In this document: piece after piece, positions 1 to 8,861 of the stretch
Position numbering within the stretch: the first letter of the stretch is position 1
How the letters are laid out: the number at the start of each line of letters is the position of its first letter
NCBI GenBank assembly: GCA_944371605.1
Contig: CALVXU010000030.1
Span: 52,187 to 116,186 of the forward strand
Length of the DNA: 64,000 nt
Source of the DNA: an uncultured Bacilli bacterium
GTDB taxonomy: Bacteria; Bacillota_I; Bacilli_A; RFN20; CAG-288
Direction: 5' to 3'
Notes under the pieces: generated by a model
What the model was told of the DNA's origin: nothing
Databases searched by the model: none
The model's input: only the letters and a program-made list of their open reading frames with translations
Program-made: the position numbers and the translations under genes

Positions 1-930
1 ATATAGCGTTAAATCGTTATAATATGCTAATGATGCTGCTGCAAAAGAGGCAGCTGAGCCTATTTCCGCTTGACATCCTAAGACAGCACCAGATATCGAA
101 GCATTTTGTTTGATAAAATTTGCAACAAGTGCCCCTACTAAATATGACCTAACCAATTTGTTTAAATCACCATTTAAATCCTTATAAATATAGTATAAGA
201 TGGCTGGCACAACACCCGAAGCACCACAAGTAGGTGTTGTCACAATCATTTCAGATGCTGCATTCGCTTCGCTAGTAGCATAGCTATAACTCGTGAGCAA
301 TAGTTCACGTTTTTCTTCACCGATTTTCATATCATTAGCTCGTCGAAAAATATCTTTACTCACTCTTTTAAGTCTTAATGGCCCTGGCAATATGCCTTCA
401 GTTTTTAATGATTTTCTTATCGTGTCAAATGATTTTAATAAAAGATTTCTGGCATATAAAAAAATATCTTTTCCTTCATAATATTCAATAAGTGCATAAA
501 TATCATTATTGAATGAAGGCAAAATCTTCTTCATATCATCAAATGTATTGAACGGATAAGTTTCAATATTGTCAGTATTTTCACCAACTATTTGAAAAGC
601 TCCACCGCCTGTCGAACAATAAACTTTGGTGAAATTTTTTCCAGATTTGTAAAAAGCTTGAATTCGCATCGTGTTCGGATGAGGAATATCATCAGTTTTA
701 AAATCAAATATGATTTGAACATCGAAATTCTTAAATGTATCTATAATGATTTTATCTGTCCCATGTCCTTTTCCTGTTAACGCTAATGAATCATACAATG
801 TCACAATGATATGATCTATGTCTTTTATTTCAGCTTTTCGCAAAAAATCTAAACATATTCTATATGGACCGATAGTATGTGAAGAAGATGGTCCAGGGCC
901 AATGATTAGTAGTTCCTTTAATGATTTCAT
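1..930 (-). CDS. sdaA: L-serine dehydratase (iron-sulfur dependent, single-chain type); C-terminus runs off the window start
   Basis: Manual minus-strand translation from ATG at 930 gives MKSLKELLIIGPGPSSSHTIGP..., and in frame ...EMIVTTPTCGASGVVPAILYY. GPSSSHT and CGASG contexts are typical of Fe-S L-serine ammonia-lyases. Absent from the ORF track because it is open at the window edge. Confidence 0.8.
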   Translation of the reverse strand, partial: MKSLKELLIIGPGPSSSHTIGPYRICLDFLRKAEIKDIDHIIVTLYDSLALTGKGHGTDKIIIDTFKNFDVQIIFDFKTDDIPHPNTMRIQAFYKSGKNFTKVYCSTGGGAFQIVGENTDNIETYPFNTFDDMKKILPSFNNDIYALIEYYEGKDIFLYARNLLLKSFDTIRKSLKTEGILPGPLRLKRVSKDIFRRANDMKIGEEKRELLLTSYSYATSEANAASEMIVTTPTCGASGVVPAILYYIYKDLNGDLNKLVRSYLVGALVANFIKQNASISGAVLGCQAEIGSAASFAAASLAYYNDLTLY

Positions 931-941
931 ATTTTAATGTT

Positions 942-965
942 AAAAAAGAGAGGTATGCACCTCTC
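942..965 (-). terminator. Rho-independent terminator after rpsU
   Basis: Minus-strand GAGAGGT-GCAT-ACCTCTC hairpin followed by a T6 run, 14 nt after the rpsU stop. Confidence 0.7.
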
Positions 966-978
966 TCGAAAGCTAAAA

Positions 979-1149
979 TCAGTGCTTTCTTCTTGCGTTT
1001 TCGGACTTAAGTTTACGTCTAAGACCTTTCTTTAAGAAGAAGTCATGTTTACGATAGTCCGCGATAGTGCCAGCTTTATTGACCTGACGCTTGAATCTCT
1101 TCATCGCATCATCTAAAGTTTCACCATCTCTGACGAGTGTCTTTGGCAA
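979..1149 (-). CDS. rpsU: 30S ribosomal protein S21
   Basis: Manual translation: (TTG start)PKTLVRDGETLDDAMKRFKRQVNKAGTIADYRKHDFFLKKGLRRKLKSENARRKH, TGA stop. AGGTGA Shine-Dalgarno site 6 nt upstream. Below the ORF-track length cutoff. Confidence 0.85.
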   Translation of the reverse strand: MPKTLVRDGETLDDAMKRFKRQVNKAGTIADYRKHDFFLKKGLRRKLKSENARRKH

Positions 1150-1217
1150 TTTTATCACCTCTATTTCTGAAATGCCGTTGGATATTTTATCTTAATTATC
1201 TATTAAATACAAGATTA

Positions 1218-2360
1218 TTAATAACGTATTTCTTGATAATTTTTGTCAAAAGTCTTAACAACTATTCCACTAGCCAATAAACGAGATCCTAAATAAAGAC
1301 AAGCGACTTGTCCTTTAGTTATATATTCATAATTATCATAAGTGAGCCAAGCACTTTTTTTATCTGGTCGTAAAGAAAATTGAACTGGCATGTCCTTACC
1401 GCGATATCTAAATTTGCAATTGCATAATACTTTATCTAAAGGCAAATCACTACCGATCCAATTCAAATTATCGATTAAACATCGCGATGAAAAACGAAAT
1501 TCATTTCCTTTTTCTTGAGCGACATAAAGAATATTAGATTTTACATCTTTTCCAACAACAAAAAATGGTTCACACGAATATCCCTTGATTCCACCCAAGT
1601 TTAATCCTCGGTGTTGACCAACTGTATAATACAATACACCATCGTGAGTGGCTAATTGCTTTCCAGATACAATATCGACTATCGGCCCTTTCTGAGCAGG
1701 TAAATAGTTTGATAAAAACTGTTTAAAATTTCTTTCTCCGATAAAACACACTCCAGTGGAATCTTTCTTTTTTGCGACGGATAAATCAAGCTCTTCAGCC
1801 AATTTTCTCACCTCTACTTTTGTGATGGAACTCAGTGGGAACAAAGCGTGTGAAAGTTGTTCAGAACTGATTTGACCTAAAAAATAAGATTGGTCTTTAT
1901 TCAAATCAAAAGCTTTGTATAAATGAGCCTCACCATTTTCATCAATTCTTTTAGCATAGTGACCCATGGCGATAGTATCAAAACCTAGTGTTCTGGCATA
2001 TTTATAAAAATGACCAAACTTTATATATTTATTACAAAAAACATCTGGATCCGGAGTAAAGCCTTTTTGATAAGTCTCTAAGAAATCGCTGAAAACTTCT
2101 TTCCAATATTCATCGATAAAATCCTTTCTTATTATTGGAAGATCTAATTCAAAAGCTGTCTCAACCGCATCATCATAATCAAGTTCCTGCGAGCATTTAG
2201 AGCCTGATAAAGTAGGATTACCTAAAATATCATTATTTGTGATTGAATCCCAGTTTCTCATAAAGCAGCAAGTCACATCATAACCGCTTTTTTTTAATAA
2301 ATAAGCTGCGATAGCGCTATCCACACCGCCTGAAAGTCCTAATAAAACTTTTTTATTCAT
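1218..2360 (-). CDS. mnmA: tRNA 2-thiouridine(34) synthase MnmA
   Basis: ORF track. PP-loop LSGGVDS near the N-terminus and full-length MnmA/TrmU-like sequence. Start moved to MNKKVLLGLSGG (2360), which overlaps the dtd stop by 8 nt. Confidence 0.9.
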   Translation of the reverse strand: MNKKVLLGLSGGVDSAIAAYLLKKSGYDVTCCFMRNWDSITNNDILGNPTLSGSKCSQELDYDDAVETAFELDLPIIRKDFIDEYWKEVFSDFLETYQKGFTPDPDVFCNKYIKFGHFYKYARTLGFDTIAMGHYAKRIDENGEAHLYKAFDLNKDQSYFLGQISSEQLSHALFPLSSITKVEVRKLAEELDLSVAKKKDSTGVCFIGERNFKQFLSNYLPAQKGPIVDIVSGKQLATHDGVLYYTVGQHRGLNLGGIKGYSCEPFFVVGKDVKSNILYVAQEKGNEFRFSSRCLIDNLNWIGSDLPLDKVLCNCKFRYRGKDMPVQFSLRPDKKSAWLTYDNYEYITKGQVACLYLGSRLLASGIVVKTFDKNYQEIRY

Positions 2361-2808
2361 GATAAATTTCCTTCGAATCAAGAATGATAGTAAATGGTCC
2401 ATCATTGACAAGGCACACTTTCATATCTGCACCAAAAACACCAGTCTGTAAATTTGGAACATACTTTTTTAATGATTCTACAAATCTATTATACAAAACA
2501 ACTGATTTCTCACTAGAGAGAGCATTTGCAAAAGATGGCCTATTCCCTTCCGATAAATCAGCATAAAGAGTGAATTGAGAGACGACTAATAGTTGACCAT
2601 TGATCTGGCTGAGATTTAAATTAGTTTTATTATTTTCATCAGGAAAAATGCGTAATTTCAACAATTTACTGATCATTTTATCAACCAATTCACAAGTATC
2701 TGATTGCGTAAATCCAACAAAAATCACTTCTCCACGATCGATATTTCCAACAGTTTTTCCATCTATGATAACAGAAGCTTTAAGACATTCTTGAACTAAA
2801 ATTTTCAT
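2353..2808 (-). CDS. dtd: D-aminoacyl-tRNA deacylase
   Basis: 151 aa. MKILVQ...SQFTLYAD...GxRPSF...VNDGPFT is the typical Dtd pattern. Confidence 0.9.
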   Translation of the reverse strand: MKILVQECLKASVIIDGKTVGNIDRGEVIFVGFTQSDTCELVDKMISKLLKLRIFPDENNKTNLNLSQINGQLLVVSQFTLYADLSEGNRPSFANALSSEKSVVLYNRFVESLKKYVPNLQTGVFGADMKVCLVNDGPFTIILDSKEIYHE

Positions 2809-2855
2809 ATTTATATTATACTTATATAGAGATTGAAAATAAAAGAAGGTGATTT

Positions 2856-3686
2856 ATGGAACTCACATATCAAGACTACTTAACAATATTAAAAGAGATC
2901 AAACAACAAATAGATTTTGAGCCAGAGATCGGCGTTGTTTTAGGCACAGGTTTAGGAAATTTTGCCAATGAAATTCAAGTAGAAAAAGTCATTCCTTATT
3001 CACAGCTATCTAAAATGCCTAAACCGACGAATAGCAATCATTCCGGTGAATTCATCTTTGGATATCTCAACGGAATAAAAGTTGTTTTGATGAAAGGTAG
3101 AATTCATTACTATGAAGGTTATTCAACTCAAACATGCGTAGTTCCAATACGTTTATTGGGCATGCTTAAAATTAAAACATTAATTTTAACTAATGCTGCT
3201 GGCGGCGTTAATTTTAGCTTTACTCCGGGTGATTTCATGATGATTGAGGACCATATTTCTGCCTTTGTTCCATCACCTCTACGCGGGACAAACATTGAAG
3301 AATTCGGAACTAGATTTCCAGATATGTCTAATATTTATGATGCAGAATTGACACAAAAGATCTATCAACGAGGAAAAGAATTAAATCTCCCAATGCAAAA
3401 AGGAGTCTATTTACAATTTCCAGGACCGCAATTTGAATCCAAAGCTGAAATCAAAGCATTTAGAGGGCTTGGAGCAGATGCTGTTGGTATGTCAACCGTA
3501 ATTGAAGCTATTGCTTCAAATCATATGAACATCAAAACCGTCGGAATTTCATTTATCTCCAATCTCGCTTGCGGTATGAGTAAAAGAAAAATCACCGATG
3601 AAGAAGTGATTGAAGAAGCTAAGACTAGTGAAAAAAATCTTATAACTATTCTAAAAGAGGCGATTCAGATTTCTCATGATAAATAA
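2856..3686 (+). CDS. punA: Purine nucleoside phosphorylase (PunA/PNP family 2)
   Basis: 276 aa. GVVLGTGLG, MKGRIHYYEG, TNAAGG and VGMSTV motifs. Confidence 0.85.
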   Translation: MELTYQDYLTILKEIKQQIDFEPEIGVVLGTGLGNFANEIQVEKVIPYSQLSKMPKPTNSNHSGEFIFGYLNGIKVVLMKGRIHYYEGYSTQTCVVPIRLLGMLKIKTLILTNAAGGVNFSFTPGDFMMIEDHISAFVPSPLRGTNIEEFGTRFPDMSNIYDAELTQKIYQRGKELNLPMQKGVYLQFPGPQFESKAEIKAFRGLGADAVGMSTVIEAIASNHMNIKTVGISFISNLACGMSKRKITDEEVIEEAKTSEKNLITILKEAIQISHDK

Positions 3687-4932
3687 GCCATTAGCGTACA
3701 GAATGCGTCCCGAGGTCTTAGATCAAGTCATCGGGCAAGAAAAGATTAAAGCTTTTTTAAATAATTTGATTTCCAATTCTTCGCTTGTTTCAATGATTTT
3801 CTATGGTCCGCCAGGGACAGGTAAAACCACATTAGCAAAAGCCTTCAGCAATTCATTCAAAGCTAACTGTTTATCACTAAATGCCGTCATCGATAAAAAA
3901 GAAAAGATGGAATCAACTTTTGAAGAAGCGATTCGCTTTTATCCCACTATTGTCATCATCGATGAGATTCACAGATTAGATAAAGCCAAGCAAGATCTGT
4001 TATTGCCGCATTTAGAAAATGGCAGTTTCTACATGATCGGTTGCACAACAGCTAATCCTTTAATATCAATCAGGCCAGCCATCCGTTCTAGATGTCGTCT
4101 CTTGGCAACAGAGGAATTATCAAAAGAAGAAGTTAAAACCGGTTTATCACGTGCTATCTCCTCTGAACAAGGTCTAAATGGTTCAAGAAAGTTTTCTGAG
4201 GAAGCAATCGATTACTTAGCCAATATTTCAGCAGGTGATTTGCGATTCGCCTATAATCAACTAGAGGCGATTGCTTTGAGTTTTACAAAGACACATCTGA
4301 TAACTTTAGATGATGTAAAAAATATTGCTAATGTCCCTAACTATTATGCTGATCTAAACGAAGATGAACATTATGATACGGTTTCAGCTTTACAAAAATC
4401 TATCCGTGGAAGCCAAGTTGATGCCGCGATTTATTATGCGGCTAAATTACTCAAATCCGGGGATTTAGATGGGTTGATTCGAAGATTATTAGTCACTGCA
4501 TATGAAGATGTCGGACTTGCTAATCCCCAGGCTGTAGATAGATGCTTTAACGCTTGCCAAGTCGCTAAGGAAGTCGGTTTACCTGAAGCGATGATTCCAT
4601 TAGGCTTCACGATTGTAGATTTAGCTCTTTCTCCTAAATCAAAATCTGCTTGTGCGGCCATTGAAGAAGCTTGCTCAATGATTGATACTAAGCCTCTTCG
4701 TGTCAGGTCATACCTAAGATTGAAACAAGCTGATACCCAATCAAAATATCCATATGATCGCAAAGATGTTTGGCCAAAATTAGAATACATGCCAGAAGGC
4801 CTAGAAGATTATTATTTCTATCATCCAGAGCTAACTGGAAAATATGAAAGAGCATTAGCTCAACAATTAGAACAATTGAGACGAATCAAACGTACGACTG
4901 ATATAGAAAAGGCTAAAAAGTCTAAAATCTAA
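3676..4932 (+). CDS. rarA: Replication-associated recombination protein A (AAA+ ATPase RarA/MgsA)
   Basis: 418 aa. Walker A GPPGTGKTT, Walker B IIDEIHR, and a MgsA-type C-terminal domain (YDxxSALQKSIRGS). Confidence 0.9.
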   Translation: MINKPLAYRMRPEVLDQVIGQEKIKAFLNNLISNSSLVSMIFYGPPGTGKTTLAKAFSNSFKANCLSLNAVIDKKEKMESTFEEAIRFYPTIVIIDEIHRLDKAKQDLLLPHLENGSFYMIGCTTANPLISIRPAIRSRCRLLATEELSKEEVKTGLSRAISSEQGLNGSRKFSEEAIDYLANISAGDLRFAYNQLEAIALSFTKTHLITLDDVKNIANVPNYYADLNEDEHYDTVSALQKSIRGSQVDAAIYYAAKLLKSGDLDGLIRRLLVTAYEDVGLANPQAVDRCFNACQVAKEVGLPEAMIPLGFTIVDLALSPKSKSACAAIEEACSMIDTKPLRVRSYLRLKQADTQSKYPYDRKDVWPKLEYMPEGLEDYYFYHPELTGKYERALAQQLEQLRRIKRTTDIEKAKKSKI

Positions 4933-5509
4933 ACTCAATATTTCTTTTAGCATTTATGAGCTTAGGAAATGCAGTATTTTTCTTCATCAAAGCGAAGAAT
5001 AAAGCATAGCTAAATATGCTGATGACTACAAATTCTCCTAAAAACACCCAGCCAAAATTGACATAGAAAAAAGCACCATTTCCACCCATTAAAAACGTCA
5101 ATTCTGCCCCGACGATTAATCCATTCATCAATGCTGGAATCAAACTAGCAAAAAACATGTGTCTCATAGGAGACATCAAAAGACACGATATGAGAGTAGC
5201 AAGACTTCCAAAAACGATATCCACTGGTGTCAAACCCATCGACACCGAATAGATATTTGCTAATGCACATCCGATTGTTAATCCATAAATATAGTTCGGA
5301 TTGAAAAATACAAGCAGTATTAAAAATTCTGAGATGCGGAATTGAATCATTCCATATGAGCACCAATAAAAGGCATACGTCAATGCGACGTATAGAGCAG
5401 CGACAATAGCATTTGTGGCGATATCTTTTGTCTTTAATTTATAAAGCGAAAAATAATTTTTCACCCTTTCTTGCCATGATAGCTGCTTTTTTTCATCTAT
5501 GTTTTCCAT
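4922..5509 (-). CDS. queT: Queuosine-precursor transporter, QueT family (ECF S-component-like membrane protein)
   Basis: 195 aa polytopic membrane protein. AALYVALT...IQFRISE... matches my memory of QueT. Supported by the preQ1-like element in its 5' UTR. TAG stop. Confidence 0.7.
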   Translation of the reverse strand: MENIDEKKQLSWQERVKNYFSLYKLKTKDIATNAIVAALYVALTYAFYWCSYGMIQFRISEFLILLVFFNPNYIYGLTIGCALANIYSVSMGLTPVDIVFGSLATLISCLLMSPMRHMFFASLIPALMNGLIVGAELTFLMGGNGAFFYVNFGWVFLGEFVVISIFSYALFFALMKKNTAFPKLINAKRNIEFRF

Positions 5510-5511
5510 TA

Positions 5512-5565
5512 AAAAAGCCCCCTGTTAATGTTTTACGTGGGGTTTCATGGGAAGACCCACGCGAT
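5512..5565 (-). promoter_or_regulatory. Candidate preQ1-I riboswitch (translational) in the queT 5' UTR
   Basis: Minus-strand RNA is CGCGUGGGUCUUCCCAUGAAACCCCACGUAAAACAUUAACAGGGGGCUUUUUUAAUG. P1 is GUGGG/CCCAC with the extra C before the 3' strand. An A-rich tail follows. Loop CCC could pair with the GGGGG Shine-Dalgarno site as a pseudoknot. Compare the Thermoanaerobacter aptamer CUGGGUCGCAGUAACCCCAGUUAACAAAACAAGG. Confidence 0.45.
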
Positions 5566-5669
5566 TTACATTAGCATTTTAAACTTATTTTTCCAAAATT
5601 CAAGAGCATTTTATTTTATTTAACAGATTTAATAATGGTAAAATATAAATATCTAGGAGGCAAATAAAA

Positions 5670-5807
5670 ATGGAAGAAAAAAAGATGCATCACTTTAGAT
5701 GTTTAGTCTGTGGCTATGTCTATGAAACTGCTGATGAAAAATTACCTGATGACTTCGTCTGCCCTTTATGCGGAGTTGGCCCAGATCAATTCGAACAGAT
5801 AGATTAA
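5670..5807 (+). CDS. Rubredoxin
   Basis: Manual translation: [45 protein letters not shown]. Two CxxCG knuckles. AGGAGG Shine-Dalgarno site 9 nt upstream. Below the ORF-track cutoff. Confidence 0.85.
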   Translation: MEEKKMHHFRCLVCGYVYETADEKLPDDFVCPLCGVGPDQFEQID

Positions 5808-5833
5808 AAACTAAGTTCAAGCCTTATTTATTT

Positions 5834-5862
5834 AAAAAGCTCAGATTAACCTGAGCTTTTTT
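5834..5862. terminator. Bidirectional rho-independent terminator
   Basis: AAAAA-GCTCAG-attaac-CTGAGC-TTTTTT between convergent genes (rubredoxin and the 5864..6322 ORF). Confidence 0.7.
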
Positions 5863-5863
5863 C

Positions 5864-6322
5864 TTAATCATTAGGATATTGAGCCCAAATGACTACCCAG
5901 CGATAATTCTCAATGCCATAAGCATTTTCGTAAATACGAACATAGAGTTCATATTTCTTGCTAGGATCACCGACGAATTTCAAAGCAGATTTGCTATTTG
6001 TATAGCAGAAAGTTCTATTTTCATCCTTATTGTAGCAAACCAAAGAATTATCAACTTCAAAGATCTCTTGCGCTAAACCTTCGAGAGTATATCCGTGATC
6101 TCTTTCTTCAGGACGAGGCGCTTGTTCAGAGAGCTGAATGCCACCTAAGAAGCCACAACGACCTTTGTGAATCTTTCCACTATAAACATATTCGTCGACA
6201 CCAAAGATTGATTTATTGACTTCCATAAGATGAACTTTGCCGAAAGCTTTTTCATCAAAATATACACCATCAGGAAGATGGGATAAGTCTAATTTCTTAA
6301 CTGTACGTTTTCTTTGAACCAT
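5864..6322 (-). CDS. Hypothetical protein (152 aa, soluble)
   Basis: ORF track. GGAGG Shine-Dalgarno site upstream of the ATG. No motif I recognise. Confidence 0.5.
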   Translation of the reverse strand: MVQRKRTVKKLDLSHLPDGVYFDEKAFGKVHLMEVNKSIFGVDEYVYSGKIHKGRCGFLGGIQLSEQAPRPEERDHGYTLEGLAQEIFEVDNSLVCYNKDENRTFCYTNSKSALKFVGDPSKKYELYVRIYENAYGIENYRWVVIWAQYPND

Positions 6323-6454
6323 AATATTGTTTCCTCCAACTTTGCTTGATCATTACATCAAACACACCTTAATTATAATTAGTCAAATATCAGTGGACGG
6401 CATTTTTTAAATGAAAGTGCTTGCATTTATTGTCATATGACATTGCAAATGTTC

Positions 6455-7153
6455 TTATCCTTCAGTTTTTTTAGTTTCAGATGTGAGATCTTTCATGAGA
6501 TTCATCTTGTTAAATAAATTATCTTGAGGTAAACGCAATTGATAATTATTTAACTTAGAAATTCTAAAGGTACACTTCTTTGATGAAATCTTTAAGATAT
6601 GGCCTCCCTTATTTAAATCCGATGACAAAAAATGGAAATGAAAACCTTTCAAATTGATACCATCAAAGTATTCAGGACAATAAAAGCCTAAGACAACGCC
6701 ATCAACATCTTGATAATCAAATGTCACTTGTTCCTCGGCAACTTGATAAAGTGGCTTATATGGCTTCTTTTGCTTAGGACAAGTTCTAGTTTTTAAAGTG
6801 AATCTACCTTCTAAAACTATCAAATAGAAATAGTTTTTATCTATGTGTGATAATAATTGTTTTTTAAGATTAGCATATGTATTAAAAACTATTGGCTCTT
6901 TCTTGGCACGTATATCCATTTTAGCGCCTGAAAAAAAAGCCAATTTATCATTCAAATTTGCGGGATAATTTTTTCCATCAGCTCTAAAACTATATGCTTT
7001 TCCTTTATAAAGAATAGCCTCGCCATCTAAATCTTCATATGTTCCCAATCCGACATCAGCTTTCATCAAAACTTCTTTGATGGTGATACCTCCAAAATAA
7101 TCGCCCATCATCAAGGCCTTCATTGTTGAAACTTGATATAATTTCGATTTCAT
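6455..7153 (-). CDS. alsD: Alpha-acetolactate decarboxylase
   Basis: 232 aa. LYQVSTMKALMMGDYFGGITIKE...GLGTYEDLDGEAI...GFHFHFLS is the typical AlsD/BudA pattern. Confidence 0.85.
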   Translation of the reverse strand: MKSKLYQVSTMKALMMGDYFGGITIKEVLMKADVGLGTYEDLDGEAILYKGKAYSFRADGKNYPANLNDKLAFFSGAKMDIRAKKEPIVFNTYANLKKQLLSHIDKNYFYLIVLEGRFTLKTRTCPKQKKPYKPLYQVAEEQVTFDYQDVDGVVLGFYCPEYFDGINLKGFHFHFLSSDLNKGGHILKISSKKCTFRISKLNNYQLRLPQDNLFNKMNLMKDLTSETKKTEG

Positions 7154-7248
7154 ACTTCCTACCCCTTTGCATTTATTATATTAGATTGAATTTGAAATTA
7201 CTATTTTTTAAAGTTGTTTTCGCTCTTTTTGAGCAATATACTTTCAGT

Positions 7249-7953
7249 ATGGATAAAAACACAAGCATTATCGAACTTATCATAGCGATTTCCTTATCAT
7301 TCGTAGGTGGGTTCATCGAATTATTTTCACTTCAAATTCATGGGGTGTTTGCTGGCATGCAAACAGGTAATCTGATCTATACTTTAATCAATTTAATTGA
7401 TGGAGATTTGGTTTCTGCTGGATATCATGCATTGATGATTCTTATATTCTTTATCGCTATTCTTTTAGCTGAATTATTAAAATTAATTTTATTGAAGAAA
7501 AAAGTGCGAGTCGAACTATTTACTATCTCGTTAGAAATTTGTTTGTTGGTTCCTTTGATGTTCATAAATGTTCAACAAATAGAGGATATGCCAAAAACTT
7601 TAAACTATGTTTCTAGTATACTATTAACAATTTTTAGCGCATTTCAATACTTCACTTTCAAAGAAATACATGGTCATACATATGCGACAACTATGATGAC
7701 TAATCTTTTATCTAATTTAGCTAAAAATCTTGTGGATTTTATTAAAATTAAAAATAAATCATATGGTAAGGCTTGCTTAGACTATCTCCTTATTTTGATA
7801 TTCTTTTGCCTAGGTTCAATAACTATTTATGCCATCTTAATCAATTTAAATAATAACAGTTTTGTAAGACTAACACTGCTGATACCAATATTTATTTTAT
7901 TAGCAAATATATATCCAATTTATTATGTTTATGTTAATGATTCAACCAATTAA
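7249..7953 (+). CDS. YoaK/DUF1275-family membrane protein
   Basis: Polytopic. GGFIELFSLQIHGVFAGMQTGNL resembles the DUF1275 signature. Start moved to MDKNTS (7249), because the upstream track extension overlaps alsD. Confidence 0.55.
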   Translation: MDKNTSIIELIIAISLSFVGGFIELFSLQIHGVFAGMQTGNLIYTLINLIDGDLVSAGYHALMILIFFIAILLAELLKLILLKKKVRVELFTISLEICLLVPLMFINVQQIEDMPKTLNYVSSILLTIFSAFQYFTFKEIHGHTYATTMMTNLLSNLAKNLVDFIKIKNKSYGKACLDYLLILIFFCLGSITIYAILINLNNNSFVRLTLLIPIFILLANIYPIYYVYVNDSTN

Positions 7954-8004
7954 TGTATTTGCCAATCTATTTTAATTAATATAATTTTAAGATTAGAAAA
8001 GATA

Positions 8005-8463
8005 CTATAAAATCGGTTCTTGCTTTTCTAGAGCAGCTTCACTCAACCCATTGAGATTTTCAACTATGATGTTTAGCACCTTATAAAATGAATCGATATC
8101 ATCTTCAGTTAGATTTTTGCTCACTAATTTAACGGCATTATTAGCCTTTTCTAATACGATAACAGCAGTCTTCCTTCCTTTAGCGGTCAATTTATACTTT
8201 CCACGATATAGACCATATTTCTTTACCAATTTGTTTTCACTTAAAATTTCAATCATTCGAGTTACTTCTGCTTTATCTTTTCGCAACTTCTTACATATAT
8301 CCACTTTAGATAATCCTTCTGGATGATTATATAAAAGGGCTAAATAAAGAGCATGCATACCTCTTAGTTTAAAAGGCTTTAATTCATTTGAAGCGATTTC
8401 GTGCCAATATCGATAAATTCTTCCGATTGCAAGTGAGAATTTTTCAAATTGATTTTCGGTCAT
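8005..8463 (-). CDS. MarR-family transcriptional regulator
   Basis: 152 aa. Winged-HTH MarR layout (LYLALLYNHPEGLSKVDICKKLRKDKAEVTRMIEILSENKLV). TAG stop. Confidence 0.8.
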   Translation of the reverse strand: MTENQFEKFSLAIGRIYRYWHEIASNELKPFKLRGMHALYLALLYNHPEGLSKVDICKKLRKDKAEVTRMIEILSENKLVKKYGLYRGKYKLTAKGRKTAVIVLEKANNAVKLVSKNLTEDDIDSFYKVLNIIVENLNGLSEAALEKQEPIL

Positions 8464-8559
8464 TGTTTATCCCTTTTTATAAGATTAAATATAAAGCATT
8501 ATCTAACAACTAGCAACAATAAGCTTTTTTAATGAATAATAAAAAAAGCTTGTTGTTTA

Positions 8560-8588
8560 TAAAAAACTGACATCTATACAGATGCCAG
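8560..8588 (-). terminator. Rho-independent terminator after tRNA-Phe
   Basis: Minus-strand CTGGCATCT-gtat-AGATGTCAG followed by TTTTTT. Confidence 0.6.
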
Positions 8589-8605
8589 TTGATTAACTTT
8601 GAGAA

Positions 8606-8679
8606 TGGCCCAAGGCGGAGTCGAACCGCCGACACAAGGATTTTCAGTCCTTTGCTACTACCAGCTGAGCTATCGGGCC
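8606..8679 (-). tRNA. tRNA-Phe (anticodon GAA)
   Basis: Manual cloverleaf: acceptor GGCCCGA/TTGGGCC, anticodon arm AAGGA-CTGAAAA-TCCTT, T-arm GGCGG-TTCGACT-CCGCC. No encoded CCA. Confidence 0.9.
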
Positions 8680-8861
8680 GTTTTGAAACGCGCTTTGTTA
8701 TTCTAATACAAACATTATTTTGTTGCAAGCATTTTATTTTTGAAAACAATAATGTTGAAGAATTTAGGGACTATTTTAAGAAGCTATTGGGACTTTTTTT
8801 GGTTCTTTAATTTTGTTTTTTCTATGTTTTTATCTACATTTAATATAAAGAGGTAATTTTT

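Noticed and set aside
8510-8810. ORFs 8510..8749 (-) and 8589..8810 (+) in the marR/Sel1 intergenic region.
   Set aside because: They overlap tRNA-Phe (8606..8679) and its terminator hairpin. The sequence is explained by the tRNA gene.
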